A stretch of DNA of 64,000 nucleotides, from positions 36,813 through 100,812 of the forward strand of contig CAIKOA010000008.1 of NCBI GenBank assembly GCA_903828955.1, given 5' to 3'. The position numbers and the translations under genes were made by a program. This DNA comes from an uncultured Candidatus Micrarchaeota archaeon (GTDB lineage Archaea; Micrarchaeota; Micrarchaeia; Anstonellales; Bilamarchaeaceae). The notes below the pieces were generated by a model. It was not told where the DNA came from, made no database searches, and saw only the letters and a list, made by a program, of their open reading frames with translations. How positions within the stretch are numbered: position 1 is the first letter of the stretch; the number at the start of each line of letters is the position of its first letter. This document shows, one piece after another, positions 45,309-53,036 of this stretch.

Positions 45309-46565
45309 ATGTTGAAAGCAGTCGTTTTAGCAGGAGGGGAAGGAGTGCGCATGCACCCCCTCACTTATACGCGCCCGAAGGCGATGCTGCAGGTAGGGGG
45401 CAAGCCGATGCTCTGGCACGTCCTTTCCCGCCTCAAGAAGGCAGGAATTACAAAAGCAGGAATCGTCGTAAAATACAAGGCAGAAAAGATCATCGAATAT
45501 TTCTCAAAGGAAGAGAATTCACTAGGAATGCAAATCTCGTTCATCCAGCAGGGCCTGAAGCACGGGACCGGCGCAGCATTGATGGATGCGGAAAAATACG
45601 CGGATGAGGATTTCCTCGCGGTGGCCGCGGACATAATCTGCGACCCGGCGCTCTACCGGAAGGTAATGGAAGCGCACGGGAAGGAGGAGAAAACCGTTGC
45701 ATTGAAGAAGATGCAGGACGTTTCCAACTTCGGAGTCGCTGAAGTGCGGGATGGAAAAATCACGAATTTTGTGGAGAAATCCGAAAAGCCCCCCACAAAC
45801 CTGGCGAACCTTTCCGTCTATTCGTTTTCTCCCTCGGTTTTCTCGGAACTTGGGAAGCTCGCCCCGTCATCCCGCGGCGAATACGAAATAGTTGATGTTT
45901 TCCGCGGCGCGAGGGCAGTCGAGGTATCGGAATTCTGGGGGGAAGTAAGCTACCCCTGGCATCTTTTCGACCTGAACGCCAAGCTCCTCTCGGAAATGGA
46001 GGCCTCCATTGAGCAGGTGGAAAATTCCACCATAAAAGGAAAACTAATAATGGAAAAAGGCGCAGAGATTTTCGATTCGTATATCGAAGGAACCGCCTAC
46101 ATCGGCAAGGATTCCAAAATCGGCCCGCACTCATTCCTCCGCGGAAACAATTCGATCGGCGCAAACTGCCGCATCGGCGAATCCACCACAATAAAGGACA
46201 GCATACTTTTTGATAATGTGAATGCGAAGCACCTCTCTTACATAGGAGACAGCGTAGTAGGAGAAGGCGTGAATTTCGGCGCAGGCACCCAGATCGCAAA
46301 CTACCGCTTCGATGCGAGCCACATAAACATCCAGACCGAAAAGGGCTGGATAAATTCCGGAAGGAAAAAGCTCGGCAGCATCATCGGAGACCACGTTAAA
46401 TTCGGAGTCCTTGCCTGCACAATGCCCGGGAAAATGATAGGAAACGACTGCTGGATTGGCTCGAATGTAAATGTGATGAGGCACGTGAAGCCGCACACGA
46501 AGATTTTCGCAAAGCAGGACTACATCTACCAGTCCCAGGAAGACCAGGACCAGCATTCCGGGTGA
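45309..46565 (+). CDS. glmU: Bifunctional sugar-1-phosphate nucleotidyltransferase / acetyltransferase (archaeal GlmU-like)
   Basis: N-terminal nucleotidyltransferase LAGGEGVRMHPLTYTRPKAML. C-terminal left-handed beta-helix hexapeptide repeats (IGANCRIGE...IGDSVVGEGVNFGAGT). Confidence 0.75.
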   Translation: MLKAVVLAGGEGVRMHPLTYTRPKAMLQVGGKPMLWHVLSRLKKAGITKAGIVVKYKAEKIIEYFSKEENSLGMQISFIQQGLKHGTGAALMDAEKYADEDFLAVAADIICDPALYRKVMEAHGKEEKTVALKKMQDVSNFGVAEVRDGKITNFVEKSEKPPTNLANLSVYSFSPSVFSELGKLAPSSRGEYEIVDVFRGARAVEVSEFWGEVSYPWHLFDLNAKLLSEMEASIEQVENSTIKGKLIMEKGAEIFDSYIEGTAYIGKDSKIGPHSFLRGNNSIGANCRIGESTTIKDSILFDNVNAKHLSYIGDSVVGEGVNFGAGTQIANYRFDASHINIQTEKGWINSGRKKLGSIIGDHVKFGVLACTMPGKMIGNDCWIGSNVNVMRHVKPHTKIFAKQDYIYQSQEDQDQHSG

Positions 46566-46569
46566 GTGG

Positions 46570-47325
46570 ATACACCTGATTATCGGAGTCGACCCCGGAG
46601 TTTACACCGCATATGCAGCCATTGATTTGAATGGAAACCTGATTGCTTCAGGCTGCGAAAAAGAGGCAAGCCACGAAAGGATTGTAGAAATAATCTCCCA
46701 TCTTGGAAAGCCTTCGCTAATCGCAACCGATGTTTGCCCTGCACCTGATTTTGTGCAAAAGGTCGCAGCCCGTTTCCATGCGCGATTGCACATCCCTGAA
46801 CGCAGCATGCTTGTTGAAAAGAAAAAAGAGATTGGAAAGGAAATCCAGAACCCGCATGTGCGCGATGCGCTTGCCGCTGCGGTAAAAGCATACCGGCATT
46901 ATGAGAACACCTTGCGCAGGATTGAGCATTCTGATACTGCCTTCGACAAGGAACTCCTGAAGCACCTCTTTATCCAGGGTTATTCTGTAAAGAACGCAGA
47001 ATTCATGCTTGCAAAGCGAGAAGAGAAAAAGTTAGAACAGAGCGGGGAAATTGAAGACCGGAGGACACGGACTCCGGAGCAGGTAAAAAAAGACGAGCGC
47101 CTTCTTTCAATCCTTTCTGAGAACGAAAACCTCCGCAAAGCCCTTGAACTCGAGCGCGCCCGCCGCGCTGATGCGGAAGAGAAATTAAAGAGGGCGGGAA
47201 CTTCCCGCGTTGTAGAAGTGAGCCGCGACCGCGAAGTCCAGAGGCTGCAGGGGCAAATCGCAAGGATGCAGTCCTTTATTTTCCACCTGAAAAACAGAAG
47301 TGAAAAGAAGAAAATGAAGAAATGA
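46570..47325 (+). CDS. COG2433/DUF460-like protein: RNase-H-fold (RuvC/YqgF-like) N-domain + coiled coil; no canonical start codon before the conserved motif
   Basis: Frame reads IHLIIGVDPGVYTAYAAIDLNGNLIASG (YqgF/RuvC N-terminal motif) from 46570. No ATG/GTG/TTG in frame between the upstream stop (46486) and TTG 46627, which the ORF track uses as the start. Confidence 0.5.
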   Translation: MHLIIGVDPGVYTAYAAIDLNGNLIASGCEKEASHERIVEIISHLGKPSLIATDVCPAPDFVQKVAARFHARLHIPERSMLVEKKKEIGKEIQNPHVRDALAAAVKAYRHYENTLRRIEHSDTAFDKELLKHLFIQGYSVKNAEFMLAKREEKKLEQSGEIEDRRTRTPEQVKKDERLLSILSENENLRKALELERARRADAEEKLKRAGTSRVVEVSRDREVQRLQGQIARMQSFIFHLKNRSEKKKMKK

Positions 47326-47440
47326 TATTTGATACTGTTTTTCTTTTAGGTGCGCTAGCCTTTTCTCCTTGAGCCGTTGCTCAAGGGAAGAAAGCGAAGC
47401 TTTCTCAGATTTTACAAAAAGAAAAGGATGGCAAATGGGG
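47326..47440. repeat. Interspersed A/T-hairpin repeat, copy F (long variant with internal insertion)
   Basis: gatactgtttttcttttaggtgcgctagcc ... tttacaaaaagaaaagg. Same ends as copy B, with about 45 extra bp inside. Confidence 0.6.
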
Positions 47441-47518
47441 GATCTGTGATTTGAACACAGATAACAAGCTCCCAAAGCTTGCAGCATACCAGGTTGGCTC
47501 AATCCCCCGTGAGAGAAT

Positions 47519-47911
47519 CTAAGTGAATTGTTTTCTCTCAAGGATATAAGTATCCCTAACTTTTTTAATACTAAAGCCTTTCTTCTCGTACAGATTCAAT
47601 GCAGGGCAGTTTGTCGGCCTCACCTTAAGCATAATGTCCATCTTTTCCTGGTTTGCATAGTCAATTGCCTTGTCCACGAGCATACTGCCTATCCCCCTCT
47701 CACGGTAATTCTCGACTACGCCAACCCCCTGCAGGAGAATCCGCCCTTTCTTTTTTATCAGGTGGATGAAGCCAACGTCCCTTCCCCCTGCCTTTGCAAC
47801 GAAGTAGAAATCGTTTGCAGAAAACCTGGGGAAAGCCTTTGGAAAAATCCGTCTAATCACTTTGAAAATGCGTTTTTCATCCGTGCTTTTCCTTACTTCT
47901 ATTTTCTTCAT
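47519..47911 (-). CDS. GNAT-family N-acetyltransferase
   Basis: Acetyl-CoA binding motif A: LQGVGVVENYRERGIGSMLV. Confidence 0.8.
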   Translation of the reverse strand: MKKIEVRKSTDEKRIFKVIRRIFPKAFPRFSANDFYFVAKAGGRDVGFIHLIKKKGRILLQGVGVVENYRERGIGSMLVDKAIDYANQEKMDIMLKVRPTNCPALNLYEKKGFSIKKVRDTYILERKQFT

Positions 47912-48531
47912 AACTGCCCCATTGTTATGTTCAATTGCCCTTCCCCAATTTCAAGCACAACGCTCCGCAGGTTTTTTCCCGCAGGGAGCTGCACAACCGT
48001 TGTTTCCCCGATTTTCTGCTTCCCTTCAACATCGTGGATGTGCCCGCAGATAAGCAAGAGGGGGCGCGCCTCCTCCATTATTTTGCGCACGGAATGGCTT
48101 CCCGCATGCAAACCGGCCTCCACCTCATCCAGAAGCCCATACGGAGGCACGTGTGTAAGCAATATGGTTTTCCCGTCTATAGGCAAATCCCTCATCTGCG
48201 CATAGATTTCTTCTTCGCGCATCTCCCCAGGGGTTCCAAAGGGGGTGGGGGGCGTAAAACCAAAACCAACTATGTTGAACCCTCCGGCAATTTCCATTCT
48301 CTGCTTGTGCAGGCAGCGCGGGTATTTATCCGGGGAATCCAATTCCTCGCTGTTTCCCGGAACCCAGTAAATATTGTCAGAAATTGAGAGCAAATCCTCC
48401 ATGAAGGAAACGCTTCTTCCTATGTCTCCTGCAATCAGCACATAGTCATATTTGGAAGCAACTGCCCGCAACCTGTCAAGAACCGCTTCTTCCCCATGGA
48501 TGTCAGCCAGAAGGAGTATCTTCATCTTCAT
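47908..48531 (-). CDS. Calcineurin-like metallophosphoesterase
   Basis: Motifs LLLADIHG, AGDIG, GNSE, GHIHD. Start set at MKMKILLL (48531) so that it does not overlap the Nop5-like gene. Confidence 0.8.
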   Translation of the reverse strand: MKMKILLLADIHGEEAVLDRLRAVASKYDYVLIAGDIGRSVSFMEDLLSISDNIYWVPGNSEELDSPDKYPRCLHKQRMEIAGGFNIVGFGFTPPTPFGTPGEMREEEIYAQMRDLPIDGKTILLTHVPPYGLLDEVEAGLHAGSHSVRKIMEEARPLLLICGHIHDVEGKQKIGETTVVQLPAGKNLRSVVLEIGEGQLNITMGQL

Positions 48532-50080
48532 GCCTGCCCCTCGCCCTCGCGGCATTTTCATTAATCTCTTTCAGGCGTTTTTCGAACTTGTCCTTAATAA
48601 GCGGCCCAATGAACCTTTTCGTGTAAACATCCGCTTTTGCAGCAAGCGAAATCTTTGTTGCAAGTGCGCGCGCAATCTTTCCCCGGACACCTTTAGGCGC
48701 AGTTGAAATTGATGCGTGCTGGAAAATTACCCCGTGTTTAGGGGGCGCGATGTTCCGGTTGCGCAGATGCTTGAAGAGCGCCTTCTCTGCGCCCATTACC
48801 TGGACTGTGCTCGCAGGCAGTACCGCAAGCTTCTTCATACCGCCGGCAACTGAAATCAGTTTTCCCGCGAGTTTAGCCCCGACAAGATAATGGAGGTTCG
48901 GGCATTCTTCGCGCGCAACGTCGTCCATGTGCTTCTCGTGCCTGTTCATGAGCGCAAAAATGGCTTCAATCTCTTGCGCCATTTTCTTCATATTCTCAAC
49001 ATCTTTTTCGTTGAAATTTCCGCCCACGCTGTTTTTCCCTGCCTCAGCGATCTGGCGCGCCTTCCCTTCGCCAACATATTTTGCAACCGCCTCGATTGGC
49101 ACGTCTTCTTTCGTAATCATATTTATGATGAGCGCGTAATTCCTCTTGTTCTCCACGTTCAATTCAGGGAAATAGAGCCCGTAAATCTCCTCGAGCCTTT
49201 CCCCTAGCTGGTTTGCAACGCGCTCTTCCTCTTCGATGCAATTAGAGAGCTGCGCTAGGTACATGTCTCTCCCGCGCAAAACCTCGGTGGTCTCTTCGCG
49301 CGCCCTCTTCATGAATTTTGAGCGGTCAAACCTTCCTTCGCTTCCTTCCCCCTCAGAAGGGCTTCTTTCGCGGAAGCTTCCGCCTTCCCTCCGTTCCTGG
49401 TTCCTGAAGCCGATGCTCCCCCCTCTGCGTTCCCCTCCGCTAAATGGGCGCCTCTCCCCTCCAAATGAGCGCCCGCCGCCCCGGTCCCCGCGGTATCCGC
49501 CGCCAGAAGGCCTCGGCCGATCACCATAATCTCTGCGTTCTCCACCTTCTCCCTGTCTTTCTCCGCTAAATGGGCGCCGTTCATTTCCTTCGCGCCTTCC
49601 TTCTCCACGGAAGCTGCCGCCAGAAGGCCGGTCACTATACCCTCTGCGTTCTCCGCTAAATGGGCGCTTCTCTCCGCCTTCCCTAGGGCGGCCTCCTTCT
49701 CTATCTCCTCCTGAAGGCCTGTCTCTATACCCACCACGATCTCCAGAGCGGTATCCTTCCCCCCTCCTTCCTTCGCCGCGGTATCCGCCGCCAGAAGGCC
49801 TATCGCTATACCCCCTATGTTCTCCGCCTTCGCGGGGGCGATGCCCGCCTTCCCCCAGTCTTTCTCCGCCTTCGCGCCTTCCTTCGCCGCGGTACCCGCC
49901 TTCACGTTTTCCGCCGCCCAAAGAACTCCGCTCGTTGCCTTCCCTTCTTTCTTCTCCGCGGTAGCTTTTCAAATCCCTTTTGCCCCCGCTGGAGCCTCCT
50001 CCAGTGAAGTTTCCCCTATTCCTGTCCCGTCCCCATTTTTTTTCTCCCATTTTAATCATGCCTCGTATGTGGTTTCCCAC
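48503..50080 (-). CDS. Nop5/Nop56/58-like protein (NOSIC + Nop domains) with about 275-aa N-terminal RGG/GAR repeat region
   Basis: C-terminal half has NOSIC (LGERLEEIYGLYFPEL) and Nop domain (GAKLAGKLISVAGGMKKLAVLPASTVQVMGAEKALF...). N-terminal half is tandem RGG/RPFSGER/YSDRPSGG repeats, visible as about 100-bp DNA repeats (ctccgctaaatgggcgc x3). Confidence 0.8.
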   Translation of the reverse strand: MGNHIRGMIKMGEKKWGRDRNRGNFTGGGSSGGKRDLKSYRGEERREGNERSSLGGGKREGGYRGEGRREGGERLGEGGHRPREGGEHRGYSDRPSGGGYRGEGRRGEGYRSGDRGGYRDRPSGGDREGGRPREGGEKRPFSGERRGYSDRPSGGSFRGEGRREGNERRPFSGERQGEGGERRDYGDRPRPSGGGYRGDRGGGRSFGGERRPFSGGERRGGSIGFRNQERREGGSFRERSPSEGEGSEGRFDRSKFMKRAREETTEVLRGRDMYLAQLSNCIEEEERVANQLGERLEEIYGLYFPELNVENKRNYALIINMITKEDVPIEAVAKYVGEGKARQIAEAGKNSVGGNFNEKDVENMKKMAQEIEAIFALMNRHEKHMDDVAREECPNLHYLVGAKLAGKLISVAGGMKKLAVLPASTVQVMGAEKALFKHLRNRNIAPPKHGVIFQHASISTAPKGVRGKIARALATKISLAAKADVYTKRFIGPLIKDKFEKRLKEINENAARARGRHEDEDTPSG

Positions 50081-51186
50081 ATCTTTTGCGCGAGCTTCCC
50101 TTCGTACATGAACTTCTCCACATCTGCCTTTTCCCGCCTTTCACGATGTGTTGCCAGGAAGGCATTCAGCTTGTCCACAAGAATTTGCTTGAGCTCGCCA
50201 GTGAGCATTTGCCCGCTCCTATATTCTCCTTCAATCTTTTTTAGCCTTTGCTCATCAGGCTCAAAGAGCATTTTCAGCCATTGGAAGGAGACATCCACGT
50301 CGGGATTTCCGCCCAATTTCCTGTGCTCCTCAACAGTTTCCCTCCCTCCGGAAAACGCATACTTCATTATTTTCTTGCGCACCGCCAACTCACCATCATT
50401 CAGCCAGATTGCAGTATCCGCCACGCTTGCGCTCATTTTCCCATGCACCCCCTGCAGCGGCGGAATAAACTTGGAATGTATCGCCGCAGTCTTGTGGAAT
50501 CCGAGCCCTTCGGCAATATCGCGCTGTATTCTCCAGTACGGGTCCTGGTCAATTGCCGCAGGAATCAGGCACCTCTTCTTCTCAAAGAAAGTCGGCACCA
50601 TCTGGTATGCGGGGTACTGGATCATCCCGATATTCGTCTCGTTCGTAAAACCGAAAACCGCCTTCGCAGTGGAAAAAGTGACCTTTTTCGCAGTCTGCAT
50701 CAAAAGCGGGTAAACATTGGAGGCGTACTCGCTGTTCTTGAAAACAAAAGTGCGGTCCGGGTCAAACCCGACCGCGGCAATGTCCCGGATATTCTCTTCA
50801 GCATACCCCTGCACTCCCTTCCAGGTGTATTCCCGCTTGTGCAGGAACTTCTCCTCATCCGGAAGCTGCACATAAAGATTTACCTTGAACCGGTCTTGCA
50901 GCCATTTAGTAAATACTAAGGGAATCAGGTGCCCGATGTGCATCGGCCCGCTCGGCGCCCGCCCGGTATACAGGAAAAATCCCTTTCCCTTCGCATAATC
51001 ATCCAGCACCAAATCCAAATCCCTGTGCGAAAAGAAGTAATCCCTCTCCAGCATCACGTTCTTCTCATGCGTTTCCTTCATGAGCCTCTCGCGGAGCGCA
51101 GGGCTTATCCTCTTCGTGCCGAACTCCTGAATTAATTTATCATAATCTATGGAACCCTCGACTTCCCAGGGCGTAACGATTGACAT
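50056..51186 (-). CDS. trpS: Tryptophanyl-tRNA synthetase (archaeal/eukaryotic type)
   Basis: Class I HIGH (PSGPMHIGHLIP) and KMSAS (GKMSAS) motifs. 376 aa. Confidence 0.9.
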   Translation of the reverse strand: MSIVTPWEVEGSIDYDKLIQEFGTKRISPALRERLMKETHEKNVMLERDYFFSHRDLDLVLDDYAKGKGFFLYTGRAPSGPMHIGHLIPLVFTKWLQDRFKVNLYVQLPDEEKFLHKREYTWKGVQGYAEENIRDIAAVGFDPDRTFVFKNSEYASNVYPLLMQTAKKVTFSTAKAVFGFTNETNIGMIQYPAYQMVPTFFEKKRCLIPAAIDQDPYWRIQRDIAEGLGFHKTAAIHSKFIPPLQGVHGKMSASVADTAIWLNDGELAVRKKIMKYAFSGGRETVEEHRKLGGNPDVDVSFQWLKMLFEPDEQRLKKIEGEYRSGQMLTGELKQILVDKLNAFLATHRERREKADVEKFMYEGKLAQKMWETTYEA

Positions 51187-51230
51187 GGCTCTCCTTTTGC
51201 CTCGTTATTATTTATAATCTATTGCAAAGT

Positions 51231-52982
51231 TCATCTCTCCCAGCAACTGCTGTCTTCCGGGTGATACTCCTCATATCCCCTCGGGCAGCAGACCGCATAC
51301 TCATCAATCCAAACATCACCGGACTCCGGGCATACCCTGCAGGTGCCTTTGTTTTCCCCGACCTTTGCGCAATGCGGGTATTTGGAGTCACAACCGCATC
51401 TTTCGCAGTCATTGACCAGGCCCAGCTTCTCATCGCAGAACATTGGCTTTTCTACCGAGCACTTGCCATACTCGGTCCCGTCATTGCATTTTTTTGCAAG
51501 GGCATAGCTCACGGTTTCTTCAGGAGAGTAGCAATATAGGATTTTAGCAGGGTAACTCCACTCATCCACGGGCGCAGGTTCCGTTGGAACCGGGTCGCCC
51601 TTCTTGTAATAAAGGTAATCCGAAGGCGGCCACGTGCTTTCGTATATAGAATACAGCCCGTTGCTTTGCTTTACCCCGACCGTAAGATGGTCGTACTTTC
51701 CATCGCTGTCAGTATCAACTTCGCAGAGCTCGGTTCCGGAAATCCCTGCCCGAAGAAAGAGTGAGGCGAGCAGAACCGCGCTGTCGTCGCAGTCCCCCTG
51801 ATCCATCATTAAAGTGTAAGCAGGCGGCTGAACCCAGTCCACCTTCCAGTTCGGGTCGCTAACGTAATTTACTGAACCATACACAAATTTCAGGAGCCTT
51901 AAATCCATAGACTCCCCGGTTGGCTTGCCGTTCATTTCATCGACAATGTCAATCACCAGCGGGTCGTTCGGGTCCACCTGGAATGCATACTTGTAGTGGT
52001 AGCTCCCGATGTCATCATACAACGCATTGATCTCCTGGTTTACCCCCCGGTACTGGTTTGCATAATCATCAAACAGCGCACCCTGGGTGTCGTTCCTCCA
52101 TTCCCCAGGGGAATCATGTTTCAGCTGGTAAAGCAGGTATATCGATTGCTCCATGTGGGCAAGCGCGCCCTTCAGGTCCTGGAGGTAGGCAAGGTCGTCA
52201 TAAAGATACTTGTCGGTGTTTTTCTTTTTCTTGTATGCTTCCGCAAGGGCCTTTATCGCGTACATCTCTTCCTGCTTGCTTCCGAGCGTGAGGGACGCGG
52301 CCTTGACTTTACCGGCCTGGGATTGGTTTGCGGCCACAGTGTTCTGCAAAACGCCCAGCTCCCCGATCGGCTCTGCCATCAGGCCCGCGCAGCCTTCAGC
52401 ATCCGCGATCACCGCGTCGTAATTCTTCAATTTCCACTCATTAAGGGCTTTCTGCCTGCAGGCTTCGATTGTCACATTCCCCCCTATAACGCTCAGCTCG
52501 TTCTCGACTTCGTTTACGCAGGCGCCTTCAGCGCAAACTTCCCCGGACGCACAGCCGCAGTCCTTTGCGCAGGATGCGCAGCTTTCCCCGCCCTCGCAGA
52601 TTCCGTTTCCGCAGCAGGAAGGGATTATGGAATGGGCGCACTGCCCAATCGTGGTATTGCAGGAATCCCTTGTGCAGGAGTTCGCATCATCGCAGCTTTC
52701 AAGGCACTTCATCAGTGTGCACCTGTTTGCCTGGCATGCCATTCCGCTGCAGCAATCAGAAACAGTATCGCAGGTCTGGTTATCGGTTCTGCATGAAGGG
52801 GCGGAGGGCTTTTCGCAGAATCCCTGCGAACAGATCTCATCAGGCGCGCATTCAGTGGTTTTGTTGCAGGCAACTTTCGCCATGGCAGCGCACCCTGAAA
52901 ACGCCAAAAAAGCAAAAACCAAAATAGCGCAAAACGCGATCGAAGATTCTTTCCGCATGTCCTCCCCCGCATTATTCCGCAT
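51231..52982 (-). CDS. Secreted Cys-rich protein with central transglutaminase-like cysteine-protease core
   Basis: Signal peptide (IAFCAILVFAFLAFSGCAA). N- and C-terminal Cys-rich modules (CxxDxxC). Core GDCDDSAVLLASLFLRAGI...DHLTVGV (Cys/His of the TGase-like fold). Alternative start Met-9 (52958). Confidence 0.65.
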   Translation of the reverse strand: MRNNAGEDMRKESSIAFCAILVFAFLAFSGCAAMAKVACNKTTECAPDEICSQGFCEKPSAPSCRTDNQTCDTVSDCCSGMACQANRCTLMKCLESCDDANSCTRDSCNTTIGQCAHSIIPSCCGNGICEGGESCASCAKDCGCASGEVCAEGACVNEVENELSVIGGNVTIEACRQKALNEWKLKNYDAVIADAEGCAGLMAEPIGELGVLQNTVAANQSQAGKVKAASLTLGSKQEEMYAIKALAEAYKKKKNTDKYLYDDLAYLQDLKGALAHMEQSIYLLYQLKHDSPGEWRNDTQGALFDDYANQYRGVNQEINALYDDIGSYHYKYAFQVDPNDPLVIDIVDEMNGKPTGESMDLRLLKFVYGSVNYVSDPNWKVDWVQPPAYTLMMDQGDCDDSAVLLASLFLRAGISGTELCEVDTDSDGKYDHLTVGVKQSNGLYSIYESTWPPSDYLYYKKGDPVPTEPAPVDEWSYPAKILYCYSPEETVSYALAKKCNDGTEYGKCSVEKPMFCDEKLGLVNDCERCGCDSKYPHCAKVGENKGTCRVCPESGDVWIDEYAVCCPRGYEEYHPEDSSCWER

Positions 52983-53036
52983 TAAATGTTTATAAAGTGC
53001 AAATAAAATAAAAAAAGAAAAATTTTGGGGAAGTGC

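Noticed and set aside
49300-49950. About 100-bp tandem DNA repeats that could be mistaken for a CRISPR-like or minisatellite array
   Set aside because: They are in-frame coding repeats of the RGG/GAR region of the Nop5-like gene. No spacer-repeat structure. No cas genes anywhere in the window.
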